Below are positions 1-10,484 of a stretch of 60,484 nt of DNA, in pieces. Position numbers and translations under genes: made by a program. The first letter of the stretch is position 1, and each line of letters starts with the position of its first letter. This DNA comes from a virus (Duplodnaviria; Caudoviricetes), in IMG/VR virus record IMGVR_UViG_3300009120_000002, positions 1-60,484 of that record; one strand, written 5' to 3'. Under the pieces are notes generated by a model. That model did not search any database. It was not told where the DNA came from and worked only from the letters and a program-made list of their open reading frames with translations.

Positions 1-1488
1 GATATCGCTCTCAAGGGTGAACCTGGCCGCCGACATTTCGTTCGCACGGTTATCGAGGATCCCGTCGATGTGTGCAGGTGTGAGCCCGGAATCTTTCAAC
101 AGGTCGAGGGCATAGGGTACTTTTTCCCACTCCCCATTCCGGATGGCAATCAGGTCGCGGGTCGGCAGGTTCATGCGTTCGATCTGGGCGGCGACCTTGT
201 TACGCTCAACGGCACCCTGGTTTTGATCGGGAACAGCCGGAGCCGTTGGCGTTGCGGCTTGATTCAAAGCCCCCATTCCAGCGCCAGGTCCGAACGCGAT
301 AACGGCCGACTCGAACAGCCCTTCCGTCATGTCCTGGTTCTCGTCAAAGAACTTCTTGCCCGCGTTGCCAAGTAACTGCTGCGTCACCTCTTCGATGGAC
401 TCAAGTTTACCCTGCTCGAACCCATCTTTCATCATTCTCCAGAGCTTTGGTTTTGAGGCAAACTCCTGGGCCACCTTGTCACCGAACGCCTCTGATGCTC
501 CCGGGTACTTCTTGAAGAGCGGAGCAAGGTTCATCTGTTCAATGAAACCAGCGGCGATACCGTAACCTGTCGCAATTTGCGCGACCTTCTCGCGGTCAAG
601 GTTGGGGTTTTTCTCAAGTATCTCCTGGAACTGCCCACCGGTTTCAAGAGCGCCCATGAGGCTGAATGACGCGGCACCGCCCATCTTTGGCCCGCCCATG
701 CGTTGCAGCAGGAAGGAGGCGCCCATTTGTGGAGCCTGCGACACCATCCTGTGAACAGTAGCGCCTATTTTATCAGAGAGTGTCATGTCCGGGGCGGTGT
801 ACACGTCCCAAAGATCAACACCCTTTGTCTTTGGAGATTCCCCGCCCTTGTGTTTCTTCAGAGCTTCCTCTGCACTCGTTGCTATCTGTCCGCCCTTTCC
901 TTCAAGGTAGTATGCGGCATCTTCGGCAAGCGGCTTCACGGCTGCGTCTACCCAGGACATTGCACCTTCAAACGCAGACTTGCTCGCACTGTGTTCAGCC
1001 TGGACATCCTGCAGGGTGCGCCCTGACGCATCTGCTTGATTCTGGGATATCAACCGGCTGATCGCCGGGGTGTTGGTTTCGAGTGCCTGCTCTTGCTCGG
1101 GTGTCGTGTTCTGGTCGGGATACAACAGGCCGCTGGCGATTTTACTCGGGCTGATGCTGCGCAAGTTTTCTGCGGCGGCCTCCATCGCGCCACCAACTGA
1201 TTTGCGCATCTGCAGAGCGCCCTGACGAAGGTCAGCGCCAAGGCCACCGATCACCCCGAGTCTATCATGCTCCTGTTGCGCTTTGGTTTGCTCAACATCC
1301 TCTTGCTGGCCAATGTTCTCGGCTGCGTTGATAATCTCCATGGTTGAGAGCGCACGCCTGGGCGGCTGTTGCTGTGCCTGGGTAGGCGAGGCCGGAACAG
1401 ACTGCGCCAGTAATCCAACCGCATCCTGTTGGGTTTTCTCTCCCTGCTCGATCTCGTCCAGTCGTGATAATACGTCTGCGATGGCCAT
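1..1488 (-). CDS. Probable N-terminal part of the giant virion polyvalent protein (partial; runs off left edge)
   Basis: Absent from the ORF track because no stop occurs in the window. My translation: ATG at 1488 after GGGAGAG, MAIADVLSRLDEIEQ... open for 496 codons to base 1. Ala/Gly-rich helical sequence, located after the internal virion gene. Confidence 0.75.
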   Translation of the reverse strand, partial: MAIADVLSRLDEIEQGEKTQQDAVGLLAQSVPASPTQAQQQPPRRALSTMEIINAAENIGQQEDVEQTKAQQEHDRLGVIGGLGADLRQGALQMRKSVGGAMEAAAENLRSISPSKIASGLLYPDQNTTPEQEQALETNTPAISRLISQNQADASGRTLQDVQAEHSASKSAFEGAMSWVDAAVKPLAEDAAYYLEGKGGQIATSAEEALKKHKGGESPKTKGVDLWDVYTAPDMTLSDKIGATVHRMVSQAPQMGASFLLQRMGGPKMGGAASFSLMGALETGGQFQEILEKNPNLDREKVAQIATGYGIAAGFIEQMNLAPLFKKYPGASEAFGDKVAQEFASKPKLWRMMKDGFEQGKLESIEEVTQQLLGNAGKKFFDENQDMTEGLFESAVIAFGPGAGMGALNQAATPTAPAVPDQNQGAVERNKVAAQIERMNLPTRDLIAIRNGEWEKVPYALDLLKDSGLTPAHIDGILDNRANEMSAARFTLESDI

Positions 1489-1536
1489 GTATGCGCTCTC
1501 CCGTGGGCTTTCTTGTTGGAGGGGTGTTTTTCTCTT

Positions 1537-2625
1537 TTATCGAGCAACTGCCTGTTGCTGGCTAAGTTGCTGCTTGAGGGCCTGGAACAGCATCGGGTTT
1601 GTCTTCCTGGTGGCGTTAAGGTAGGAGAGTTGCTCCTCGTCCGTCTTATAGACGGTGCCGATCTGTGCCGCTGCCGACGCCACATCCTCATGCAGTCGCT
1701 GCGGGTTGCTTTGGTAAATCTTCGCGTAGGCGTCAGCCGCTGCTGGCTGCTTGCCGGCAACAGGTGTGTTGCCTGGTTGCTGTTGCGGTTGCTGCTGCGC
1801 ACCAGTGGCCAGCGCTGACACGGCTGGGGCCTCTTGGAGCTGCCCGGTTTGCCGGTTCCCGACCATGACGGACTGTGGTTGCCCTGCCTGGTTGTCTTTT
1901 GTGATAAACTGAAACTGGTCTTGCTGGGTATTCTTCAAGGGCACCTGCACTCCGGAATAATCAACCGGGAACCCGGGGTTGGCGTTAGCCATGTTGTTGA
2001 CCTGGGATCCTGGTGCTCCAGCCAGGACGGCCTGAGACGCAAACTTTCGGTGGTCTCCGGCAGCGTCGAACTTTTCCTTCTGTCCCATCTGCTCCAAGGT
2101 GAACCCGTGCCCTTTGACGAGACGATCCATGGCGCCCTGTTCTCCGGTTTGTACCCGTTGCAGTGCGGCCCGGTTAGTGGCGTTGTTTCGTCCTGTTTCC
2201 GCAACCTCCCGCAACCTGGTCGTGGCCATGGCGCCATCGTTTGCCATACCTTGCCTCAAGGTTTGACCACCTTGCGACAACTGCTCCCGTGCAAGGGCTG
2301 CGGCGTTGCTCTGCGCAATGTTGTGCGCCTCTGTGTCCTCCTTGAACTTCGCCATTCTCCCTTTCCAGCCAAGACCCATGGCGGCGCCCTCTTCCCTCGT
2401 CAGGTACTTGGGTCCAGTAGTTGCGCTCTGGGCAGGGCTCTTCATTTTGTCGGAGTTCTCCATGCTTATTTCAAGCGGACTCTTCGCGGGTTGGGCAGGA
2501 GCCAACTGCTGAACCGTCTGTGGAACAGTGGCCGCTTCCGATCCGGTTCCTGTTTGGATCCCAGAAAGCGCGTTGACAGCCTGCTCGTCGTTGGTTTGTT
2601 TCTTTGCGGAGATCATAGTGCGCAC
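1537..2625 (-). CDS. Putative internal virion/DNA-ejection protein
   Basis: 362-aa Gln/Ala-rich low-complexity ORF directly upstream of the giant gene; function inferred from position. Confidence 0.5.
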   Translation of the reverse strand: MRTMISAKKQTNDEQAVNALSGIQTGTGSEAATVPQTVQQLAPAQPAKSPLEISMENSDKMKSPAQSATTGPKYLTREEGAAMGLGWKGRMAKFKEDTEAHNIAQSNAAALAREQLSQGGQTLRQGMANDGAMATTRLREVAETGRNNATNRAALQRVQTGEQGAMDRLVKGHGFTLEQMGQKEKFDAAGDHRKFASQAVLAGAPGSQVNNMANANPGFPVDYSGVQVPLKNTQQDQFQFITKDNQAGQPQSVMVGNRQTGQLQEAPAVSALATGAQQQPQQQPGNTPVAGKQPAAADAYAKIYQSNPQRLHEDVASAAAQIGTVYKTDEEQLSYLNATRKTNPMLFQALKQQLSQQQAVAR

Positions 2626-2640
2626 CTCGTGGTGTTTTTT

Positions 2641-3096
2641 TTAAGCGTAACCCTGTCCAGGGTGCATGAAAAGCATGATTGCTTTGACCGAGTAGAGCGC
2701 AACGAAAGCGCCGTTGACGTTCTCAACACCCCACGCCCAATATCGGCCATTGGCACCTCTGCCGACTGGAACGCGCACCTCTTTAATGTCGCCTCCTGTT
2801 GACCCGACATTATACTCTGTTACAAGGTTTCCGTCACAGAAGATCAGCAGTTTAACATCGCCTGTCGATCGTATTCCAAAATAGAAAAACCTTGGTCGTT
2901 TGAGCGAGTGTGTGCCGAAATCCATATCCCCAGATTTTATCAGGGCCGGAATGGAAACCCCGTCATCATTATATCCACCGATGGAAAACAACCCGGACGA
3001 TGTCGCGCCCAGGTACGTGTCACCGAACTGGCACATGGAGCTGAATGGCAGGGTGTTCTGCGAGATGGCGCGGTTTGCAAGATTGATTGTCAGCAT
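2641..3096 (-). CDS. Hypothetical virion protein
   Basis: 151-aa beta-rich ORF coupled to its upstream neighbour in the structural operon. Confidence 0.55.
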   Translation of the reverse strand: MLTINLANRAISQNTLPFSSMCQFGDTYLGATSSGLFSIGGYNDDGVSIPALIKSGDMDFGTHSLKRPRFFYFGIRSTGDVKLLIFCDGNLVTEYNVGSTGGDIKEVRVPVGRGANGRYWAWGVENVNGAFVALYSVKAIMLFMHPGQGYA

Positions 3097-4688
3097 TATA
3101 AAAGCTCCCGTATCCTAACGTCGTGGGGGATGAGGTGAAAACTCAGATCAATGTACATACCTTGCCCTTCATAGTCATTTGAAGTGTCCCTGTACACATC
3201 ATTGATAAAAGTGGAGAGACCTTCCATGTTGTCCACAAGACACCAATCTTCGGTGCGGTGGGTAACTGAACATTTTACAACATTAGTCTCTGTATATTCA
3301 AGTTCCTCGTCAAGATCAATGCGAACGAACAACAGTTGTGTTCGTGTCGCTGTTACAGCCGTGATATTGACTGCACCGCTCCATATAAAACATCCATTAG
3401 CATTGCCTCTAGCGTATGAAGCCCCTTCGATGGTGTAATGATCTTGTTCAATTGTAGTTTTGTAATGGTAATTCGCACCATATCTAGCCTCTTTTACAGT
3501 GTGGGTCGTTGATATAAATTTATCTGCGTCATCAACCTGATCAAGGTTCTCTAGATCTTCGAGTACAAAGAGCATTACTGTCTCTGTTTCCACAGTGTCA
3601 GAATTTGGATATGTGACCGGATCAGTTTTATAATCCACTGAAGTATTCTCATACCTTCTGAAGGTTATAAAATACAGAACTGAGTCATCATCATAGTAGC
3701 ATTTGTGACTCCATTGATAATACGGATCATCATCGTTGTCATACTCCAAATAGACTCTCGACCAGATGTTGTAGTGATGCAGCGCGTACCCTGTTCTGAC
3801 CCACGTTGGAGAATCATACCCTGGATCAACCACTAAGCTCTGTTCGCGTCTTGCATAGATCGCGCCAAGGTTGCACTCGACCCAAGTTGACCCTATAGAA
3901 AATGGGTATTGCGGGTTGCTTCTGTAAAAATAATAATTTGTTGGTGAATCAGTCTCCCCAGCCTCCCCATACGATGTAGAATCAAATTCGCAACCAATGT
4001 TATGCCATGCGGTGCGTATCGGTGTAGCTGTCTGGAACTGAAACCCTCGCTGCAAGAACGGTTGAACCGTATCTAGGGAGTCTGCAAAAACAACACGTCG
4101 AGCCTCAATGACTGGAGTTGATGGGTCTTGATCAATATAGGTAGGGACCAATGGTACTGTGTCAGTACCTATATCATACAGGGAATACTCCGTTACAGAG
4201 TATGAACCATTGTGTATCTTTAAGAGGGCATAGAGCCTCCAAGTGCGAGGAGCATGTTCTTTAGAATCGTTGAAGTTATAGAGTGCCGATGATAGAACGT
4301 GAAAAACAAAAAGAGGAAGACCTTCACCGTCAAACAGGGCCAGGGCTTTAGGTGTAAGCGTGGTTCCCATTGATGTTGATATCCCACCGGCCATGGGAAA
4401 GAGTCCAGCAGCGTACTCAAAATAGGAGGCCGCCTGCTCGGCATCCTCTTCAATCATACTCCGCTCACGGCACCCTACATCGGTGTGGATGTAGACCGGG
4501 ACATTCTCATACTCCACATCATCTAAAGAGATGATCACTGCAGTGGCGCTGGACAGTCCGACAACCTCAACCTCTTTCACGCAGGCCGTTTTCAGCACCT
4601 CGGCGCCTATTTCAACGGTGGCAAGATAAGGGTAATACTCTGACCCTTCAACCGAGTTCGGTGGAGTGTTCGGCTTAATGATCGCCAT
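3096..4688 (-). CDS. Hypothetical virion protein with AT-richer, Tyr/Thr/Asp-rich C-terminal region
   Basis: 530-aa ORF with GAGG SD; base composition visibly shifts below about 4300. Confidence 0.6.
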   Translation of the reverse strand: MAIIKPNTPPNSVEGSEYYPYLATVEIGAEVLKTACVKEVEVVGLSSATAVIISLDDVEYENVPVYIHTDVGCRERSMIEEDAEQAASYFEYAAGLFPMAGGISTSMGTTLTPKALALFDGEGLPLFVFHVLSSALYNFNDSKEHAPRTWRLYALLKIHNGSYSVTEYSLYDIGTDTVPLVPTYIDQDPSTPVIEARRVVFADSLDTVQPFLQRGFQFQTATPIRTAWHNIGCEFDSTSYGEAGETDSPTNYYFYRSNPQYPFSIGSTWVECNLGAIYARREQSLVVDPGYDSPTWVRTGYALHHYNIWSRVYLEYDNDDDPYYQWSHKCYYDDDSVLYFITFRRYENTSVDYKTDPVTYPNSDTVETETVMLFVLEDLENLDQVDDADKFISTTHTVKEARYGANYHYKTTIEQDHYTIEGASYARGNANGCFIWSGAVNITAVTATRTQLLFVRIDLDEELEYTETNVVKCSVTHRTEDWCLVDNMEGLSTFINDVYRDTSNDYEGQGMYIDLSFHLIPHDVRIRELL

Positions 4689-4697
4689 GGCGGTTCC

Positions 4698-5315
4698 TCA
4701 CTGGTACACCTCTCGAACAATGGGCCATTTCTTCATCATCCCAGGTATGGTCAACGGCACCACAACCATGGAGGTGAAAGCCGGCTCCTGCAACAGACAG
4801 AACCGGTCGCAGTCGTACTCTGGATAGTCCGGGTACTCTTCTATATCGATAGGTCCACCGATACTTACCATCACCATCTGCCCAACAAAATACTGTTCCC
4901 ACCCAGAGGCCCACACTTCACGGGCCATGACGTACTGTGACCCACGACACAACAACATATCGTAGTAAAACCTGCCGGCGGTAAGGGTGGCATCCAGTGG
5001 AGGAATGTCTTCCGGGTAAATCTTGACGATAAACCCGGTAGTGACGTGCGGGAAACACAGACACTCTTTCCTCACCTTCTTTTTCGGGGTCGGCTGTTCC
5101 CCTCCAGTGTAAATCTCGACAGTCCTTATTCCGAACCTCTTGGAACAGACGACAAGAGCCCCCGGGTACGGAACGACACGGTACTGCAACTGCTCTAGCC
5201 CCTGATACTCCATCAGTCGCTCAAGGATGAGCATGGACTTCTTGGCGTAACCGACCAGTGCCCTGCTCTCTTGAGAACTTTTGTCAAAGACAAATTTGGT
5301 GGGGACAGTAACCAT
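4698..5315 (-). CDS. Hypothetical phage structural-region protein
   Basis: 205-aa ORF tightly packed in the operon. Confidence 0.6.
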   Translation of the reverse strand: MVTVPTKFVFDKSSQESRALVGYAKKSMLILERLMEYQGLEQLQYRVVPYPGALVVCSKRFGIRTVEIYTGGEQPTPKKKVRKECLCFPHVTTGFIVKIYPEDIPPLDATLTAGRFYYDMLLCRGSQYVMAREVWASGWEQYFVGQMVMVSIGGPIDIEEYPDYPEYDCDRFCLLQEPAFTSMVVVPLTIPGMMKKWPIVREVYQ

Positions 5316-6695
5316 TTACGCAATCGGATCGTGCTCTACCTGGTGGCTCTCGCTCAACGACACGCCCATGTTATAACTGGCCGATGTGGATTCACCAGCA
5401 CTGTAGCCCCAATTTGCGGAGACATTGACTGCGGATACCAGAGATGCGACGGTCTGTGCGGTGATATTCGCCAGGTCAGCAGAGACTTTTTGACGGAGGT
5501 TGCCCTCTGCAGAATACCCCGATATGAGTGCTTCAGAGTCGGCTATGGCCGCACGGACTTCAAGCTCTGCCGCCGCAATTCTGGCTGTAATCAACTTGAT
5601 CGCAGACTCGTTGCGGGACGCCACCGCCTTCTCTGCCTCACCGAACCCCTGCACCTCTCCCAGATATACGTCTATCAATCCTTTGTTCTGCGCGGTGACC
5701 GCATCGGAGCGTGTTTTCAGCGCATCATACTGAGCCTTGAAAGTTTCAACGGCCCCCTTGTTCCCTTCAATCACGCCCCGCAGCACTTCAACCTGCGCCA
5801 TGACCGCTGTCTTGCGTCCCTCCCACACGGAGACATATCGCTTCACCCGCTCCGAAAAATCCTGCAGGACAGATGAAACCTGTGCTTTTGCCGCGTCGAG
5901 CGCACGCGCTGACCTGAGATCGGCAAACTTGCGGATGAGATCTTCGAGCACGTTGGCCTGTTGGAGGATCCACTGCTGGTGTTTCTGCTCACGATCGGCC
6001 TGCTCAACAATGATCTGGTTGTTTATGTCAGCGTCCTGCCGTGTGGCTCCGATGGCAAAATCGGTCTGCGCCGAAAGCAAGACCCCAGAAGGCAGGGCAA
6101 ACTGCATTGCGAGAGCATTGTCGTTGATCTTGTTCCATTCGGCCACCCTGGTCGCCTGCTGGCGATTCCTCGCCCGATCATACAGGGCTTGCTCGGCTAT
6201 AGGGTCGATACCGGTGTATCCATCCTGCAAGTAGACAAGCATCTTTGCCAGCAGCGGTGTGTAGACCGCAGTGGATGGCGCTGTCTCAGAATACGAGAGC
6301 GTAGGGTCGATGTCTTCCGGCTCCTGCAGCGGGTCGAATGCGGTGTCAACCGTAGGCAGGGCTGCGATCGTCGGGTTTGGGTAAGTGTCGGTCGGGTATT
6401 CTGCCAAAGCGAGCGGATCAAACACAGGAACCAACTGCCCAGATGTCTCAAGAGTATATTCAGTATCAACATCAGGGACAGGAACATCCACGACAGGGGC
6501 AGACGTAATGGCGGTGTTTAGATCCCCAAGGAAACCACTCTGCCCATCCTCGCCGACGAGCATCTCCAGCATCGATTCAGCTTTGGCCATCGTGTCATCC
6601 AGACGATCCCGCACCTCATTGAATGGGGCGACAGGGTGATCCATCTGGAAAACGGTACTGGAGATATAGCTACCTTCTACTTCAGCGTATGGCAT
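5316..6695 (-). CDS. Virion structural protein, long helical/coiled-coil
   Basis: 459 aa, GGAGG SD, extended Ala/Gln helical C-terminal half. Confidence 0.6.
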   Translation of the reverse strand: MPYAEVEGSYISSTVFQMDHPVAPFNEVRDRLDDTMAKAESMLEMLVGEDGQSGFLGDLNTAITSAPVVDVPVPDVDTEYTLETSGQLVPVFDPLALAEYPTDTYPNPTIAALPTVDTAFDPLQEPEDIDPTLSYSETAPSTAVYTPLLAKMLVYLQDGYTGIDPIAEQALYDRARNRQQATRVAEWNKINDNALAMQFALPSGVLLSAQTDFAIGATRQDADINNQIIVEQADREQKHQQWILQQANVLEDLIRKFADLRSARALDAAKAQVSSVLQDFSERVKRYVSVWEGRKTAVMAQVEVLRGVIEGNKGAVETFKAQYDALKTRSDAVTAQNKGLIDVYLGEVQGFGEAEKAVASRNESAIKLITARIAAAELEVRAAIADSEALISGYSAEGNLRQKVSADLANITAQTVASLVSAVNVSANWGYSAGESTSASYNMGVSLSESHQVEHDPIA

Positions 6696-6707
6696 TTTCA
6701 GCCTCCT

Positions 6708-7679
6708 CTATCGTGAAAAATGTAAAGGGTCAGGTGGTACGCTGTCGGCGGTTGGGGCAACCACGGCCCCCCTCGAAAACCCCAGCGGTGTAAAGGCTGC
6801 TGGTGCGGTCCCTCCAGAACGATTCGCATCTCTCTGGTACTGGAGCACACCGGAACTCCCCGGGTTTATGATCCTGGCTGACACCCGTCCGACCGGCTCC
6901 ATGATCTGCCCGTCGCAGACTATCCGGTGGTTGGCCGCCGCAGTGACAGCACTGACCGGCTCGGTAACAGTGCCATTGGCATATACCACGATGTGAGCGG
7001 TTGCCGTGGCGGCCACTGTCGGCACGCTCTCTTCGACATTACCATGCGCTACGCTCACCTGCTCGGCGGTGCCAGTAGCGGCAACAACACCGACCTCCTG
7101 TCGGACATCTCCGTAGCAGATATTTGGAGTCTGCGCCCTGCCGACCAGAGAGCCGGTGGGCTCAACGATGGAACCGACACCCTCAATGATAACCGAGGAT
7201 TCGCATGTGCCTGAGATGGTCGCCGACTGCCTGACCCGCCCGACCCCGTAGGTTGGTGTCGTTGCTGTGCCGGAAATGGTGTCGAATGATTTAAGGCGCC
7301 CGATGATGGCTGCATTTGCTGCCACCGCCAAAATCAGCCCTGCTGGTTGTACAACATCTCCTGTTCCGGAAACTACCTCGACATCAGACTCACCTGTAGC
7401 CGAAACCTCGGCCACTGGCTCAACGATATTACCAAGGACAACATGCGACTCCGCAGTAGCGGCAACCTCTCCTGCCGACTCGGATACGGCTCCTGTAGCT
7501 ATGATGGTGACAGTTGCGGCCGCCTCAACAGTGTCTAATGGTGCGGTGACATCGCCAACACATAAAATGGCTTGGATGGCTCCAACAACGAAGTTGAGGT
7601 TGTTCGCTGCCGGGGGAACATATCCACTGGCCAGCGTCGCTGCTATTGCCGATGGAGACGGTGGAGTATAGTCCGCCAT
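6708..7679 (-). CDS. Putative tail-associated protein with Val/Ala/Thr/Gly repeats
   Basis: Recurrent GxVxEPVxxVxAT-like units over 323 aa. Confidence 0.55.
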   Translation of the reverse strand: MADYTPPSPSAIAATLASGYVPPAANNLNFVVGAIQAILCVGDVTAPLDTVEAAATVTIIATGAVSESAGEVAATAESHVVLGNIVEPVAEVSATGESDVEVVSGTGDVVQPAGLILAVAANAAIIGRLKSFDTISGTATTPTYGVGRVRQSATISGTCESSVIIEGVGSIVEPTGSLVGRAQTPNICYGDVRQEVGVVAATGTAEQVSVAHGNVEESVPTVAATATAHIVVYANGTVTEPVSAVTAAANHRIVCDGQIMEPVGRVSARIINPGSSGVLQYQRDANRSGGTAPAAFTPLGFSRGAVVAPTADSVPPDPLHFSR

Positions 7680-8032
7680 TACTCTGGCCTTACATGGTCA
7701 AACACAACGGTGTTCTCGCCAACATCGCCTAAAACCTCCACCCGGAACTCATCGTTGCTGTTGCCGTTGACGATTGTGGAGAAATTCCCCTGACTGTCCG
7801 ACCAGGTAGAGGCACTCACCACCGTTTCAGATCCGCCTTTATATGCAATGATTTTACGAGATAACCCTGTCCCCCCAGGATTCTTGACCGTGCCTGCCAG
7901 TGTGAAGTTTACTCCGCTGTTACGCGGCTTCTTGATGGCGTCCCGCACAACTATTGCTCTGCGGAGAGGATAGAACGGCACCCCAGACCCGTGCAGAATT
8001 TTTTCGTTGCATCGGACAACTTTGACAGGCAT
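7679..8032 (-). CDS. Putative tail-associated small beta-sandwich protein
   Basis: Start reassigned to ATG 8032 (MPVKVV), which overlaps the upstream stop and has a GAGG SD. Confidence 0.5.
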   Translation of the reverse strand: MPVKVVRCNEKILHGSGVPFYPLRRAIVVRDAIKKPRNSGVNFTLAGTVKNPGGTGLSRKIIAYKGGSETVVSASTWSDSQGNFSTIVNGNSNDEFRVEVLGDVGENTVVFDHVRPE

Positions 8033-9054
8033 CAGGTGACCTCTTTCACGGCGATAAAATGGCCAGTCGTCACAGTGAAACATCGATAATTAACAGCCCC
8101 ATCCGAGACATCAGGATATACATTGAGGTCTGTCATCGACGTGCCGTTGTTTCGCCTGTAGACGTTCTTTAGCTCACCATAGTATTCATTCGTAAATGTC
8201 AACAGATACGGGGTTATGATGTGGTCTTGGTTCAGGTTCTCTGGGCTGCCGAATGATGGTGTGGTCATGTACGTCCATGCGCTTGTGGCAACACTTTTCG
8301 TGCCGACATGGTTGATCAGCAGGGTGCCGGTGGACCCCATTGTGCCTCCGGTTGGGGCAAAGTATCCTACGTCTGCCGCAACTTTTGCCCCGGAACTATA
8401 CGATGTCGCCAAACTCGACGCTACGATTGACCCAGATCCGATGGAACTGATAGTGAACATTTCAATGGATGCGTTGTTCCGGATGAACAACTTTTGCCCA
8501 GCCTTCCAGCTTGATGGAACTGAAGCAAAATTGATCGTGACGCCTGCACCTGCAGTTACTGAGTTTGTTGTGGCGTACACATCTTGCGGGTAGAGCGTGT
8601 TGACGACCTTACCAAACGGTGCTGGGTTGAATGTCGCGGACCCGGTAGTCGGCCTCTCTATCAGGAATACCGAGTCAAGATCTCCATACACCCACAAAAC
8701 CGGGACATCAGAATCGCCTACCGTGAAATTTGAGGTCGAGTTATACTGCTGGACGCCAGTGTTGGCGGCAGCGTCCCAATACAAAAAACCCTCAATGACG
8801 ATGAACCCCGAGATGTACCGCATCCGAAAATACAGATCGTCATTTCCTGATTCCCCAGGCGAGTAGATAACGATCCAATCGTTTGTCGAAATCGTGTCCT
8901 GGTTGACAGCGTAGCTAGAGTCAAACAGGGTCCACCCGATCCCGGTCGTCGAGTAATCATACGATCCGTTCCGGCGGCATATAAAATCGCGCATTCTCTT
9001 GAACAACTCCGCTTTGCTTGCGCAGTTGATGCCAACAAGGTTACGATATGCCAT
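8032..9054 (-). CDS. Putative tail/receptor-binding structural protein
   Basis: 340 aa, Ser/Thr/Gly/aromatic-rich, within the tail gene block. Confidence 0.55.
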   Translation of the reverse strand: MAYRNLVGINCASKAELFKRMRDFICRRNGSYDYSTTGIGWTLFDSSYAVNQDTISTNDWIVIYSPGESGNDDLYFRMRYISGFIVIEGFLYWDAAANTGVQQYNSTSNFTVGDSDVPVLWVYGDLDSVFLIERPTTGSATFNPAPFGKVVNTLYPQDVYATTNSVTAGAGVTINFASVPSSWKAGQKLFIRNNASIEMFTISSIGSGSIVASSLATSYSSGAKVAADVGYFAPTGGTMGSTGTLLINHVGTKSVATSAWTYMTTPSFGSPENLNQDHIITPYLLTFTNEYYGELKNVYRRNNGTSMTDLNVYPDVSDGAVNYRCFTVTTGHFIAVKEVT

Positions 9055-9056
9055 GA

Positions 9057-9527
9057 TTATCCCCTGGAAGGTGTATAGTTGAAGACGTTGACCACAACCG
9101 GAGCGCCATCAACGATGGTGGTCACCGTCATCTGCAGCTCTGCCGTTGTCGCGGTAGAGATGGCTCCGTCGAAGCGTACCGCAGTCGTGCTGGCCCCTGT
9201 GACGTACTCGTTGGCATAGAACCTGAAATACGTCGCTGTTGTCCCGGAACCTGCCGCAGGCAGACCGACACCACTCCACGTCTCCCCACTTGCCTTGGGC
9301 AACACCCCATTCGCAGGAGTGCCAAAATTTATGCCGTTGGTGGCAACACCAGCGGTGAAGGCTCCGCTGGCAAGCGTGATCAGGCACAACAAAGTGCCGG
9401 TCTCCGCGCTGTTGGTGTCTGCAGGTTGCGAAGCGCCACCAAAGATAGCAAGGACGCCATCCTCATACGCGGATGCAATCGCTTCGCAAACAACCTGGGC
9501 ATGTCCTGTGGAAAATCTCTCTGGCAT
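9057..9527 (-). CDS. Virion structural protein (tail region)
   Basis: 156-aa Thr/Ala/Gly-rich ORF with GAGG SD. Confidence 0.55.
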   Translation of the reverse strand: MPERFSTGHAQVVCEAIASAYEDGVLAIFGGASQPADTNSAETGTLLCLITLASGAFTAGVATNGINFGTPANGVLPKASGETWSGVGLPAAGSGTTATYFRFYANEYVTGASTTAVRFDGAISTATTAELQMTVTTIVDGAPVVVNVFNYTPSRG

Positions 9528-9542
9528 TGTGTCCTCTCTAAA

Positions 9543-10484
9543 TCAAATGGTTGCTGTGTGATAGGCAACCTTATCGATCGCCATGGTTGCGCCACTGCTG
9601 TATCCTGTTGGATATGCCACTTTTTCTCTGGTGATATTCAAAAAACTCCCGTCATCCATCCCCAGACAAATTCCATCACGGCTCCCCCAGAGCCGCCCGA
9701 ATCCAGGTGCATCGATCCCGACATCTCTCAGCGCGACCTTGCCGATGGCCAATGACCACTCAAGGGCCGGGTATTCGGCAACGATCTCCTGTCTGAAACC
9801 GTACCAGGTGTCAAGTTTGCGCAGGAACCAGGTGCGCTCACTGTCAGAAACAAAGATGCCGTTCTGCACTGGTGCGAGCATGACAACATTTGACTGAAAC
9901 CCGATGTACCCGGAGCGAGGATTAAACAGCCCAAACTGGAATGGGGAATGATTCACATAGACCACGGCGCCGATAGCGATGACTATCATGGCGTGTTTGA
10001 AAAACGCGATATGGTTCGCCGGGGGCATCGTCACAAAATCCCTGTCGTCATCCGGTCCTTGATAACTTCCTGACGGCCATGCGGAGCGGACTCCATTTCG
10101 GATGAACCCGTCCTGGGCACCATTGCCATAGAAAGTATCCGTACTGTTCTGCGCCCATGCCATGCGACGATTCTTAGCCAGACCAGTCTGCACTGCAGAG
10201 AGAGACAGACCCGGATTGACCCGCATGATAGCCGCGTCACTCGTCCGCTCCTGGACAACAAAACAGTCTCCCCCATCACAGAACAGGGAGTGGAACTCAC
10301 CGGCAACGGCCTCGGTGAATCCAGGACGAAGTTCTGGGAGTCCTCGGTCATCGATGTTGACGTTGACGAGTTGGGCAAACTCCGACACACCGGTCTTGTT
10401 GTCGTACCCGGCCTGCAGCCGTTGTGGATCGAGCCGTGTGTTGAGCCCCGCCGACGAGGTAAAGAGCGTGATCGGCTTTACCAT
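9543..10484 (-). CDS. Putative tail tube/nozzle (head-closure) protein
   Basis: 313 aa, beta-propeller-like composition, directly after the adaptor gene as in podovirus gene order. Confidence 0.5.
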   Translation of the reverse strand: MVKPITLFTSSAGLNTRLDPQRLQAGYDNKTGVSEFAQLVNVNIDDRGLPELRPGFTEAVAGEFHSLFCDGGDCFVVQERTSDAAIMRVNPGLSLSAVQTGLAKNRRMAWAQNSTDTFYGNGAQDGFIRNGVRSAWPSGSYQGPDDDRDFVTMPPANHIAFFKHAMIVIAIGAVVYVNHSPFQFGLFNPRSGYIGFQSNVVMLAPVQNGIFVSDSERTWFLRKLDTWYGFRQEIVAEYPALEWSLAIGKVALRDVGIDAPGFGRLWGSRDGICLGMDDGSFLNITREKVAYPTGYSSGATMAIDKVAYHTATI

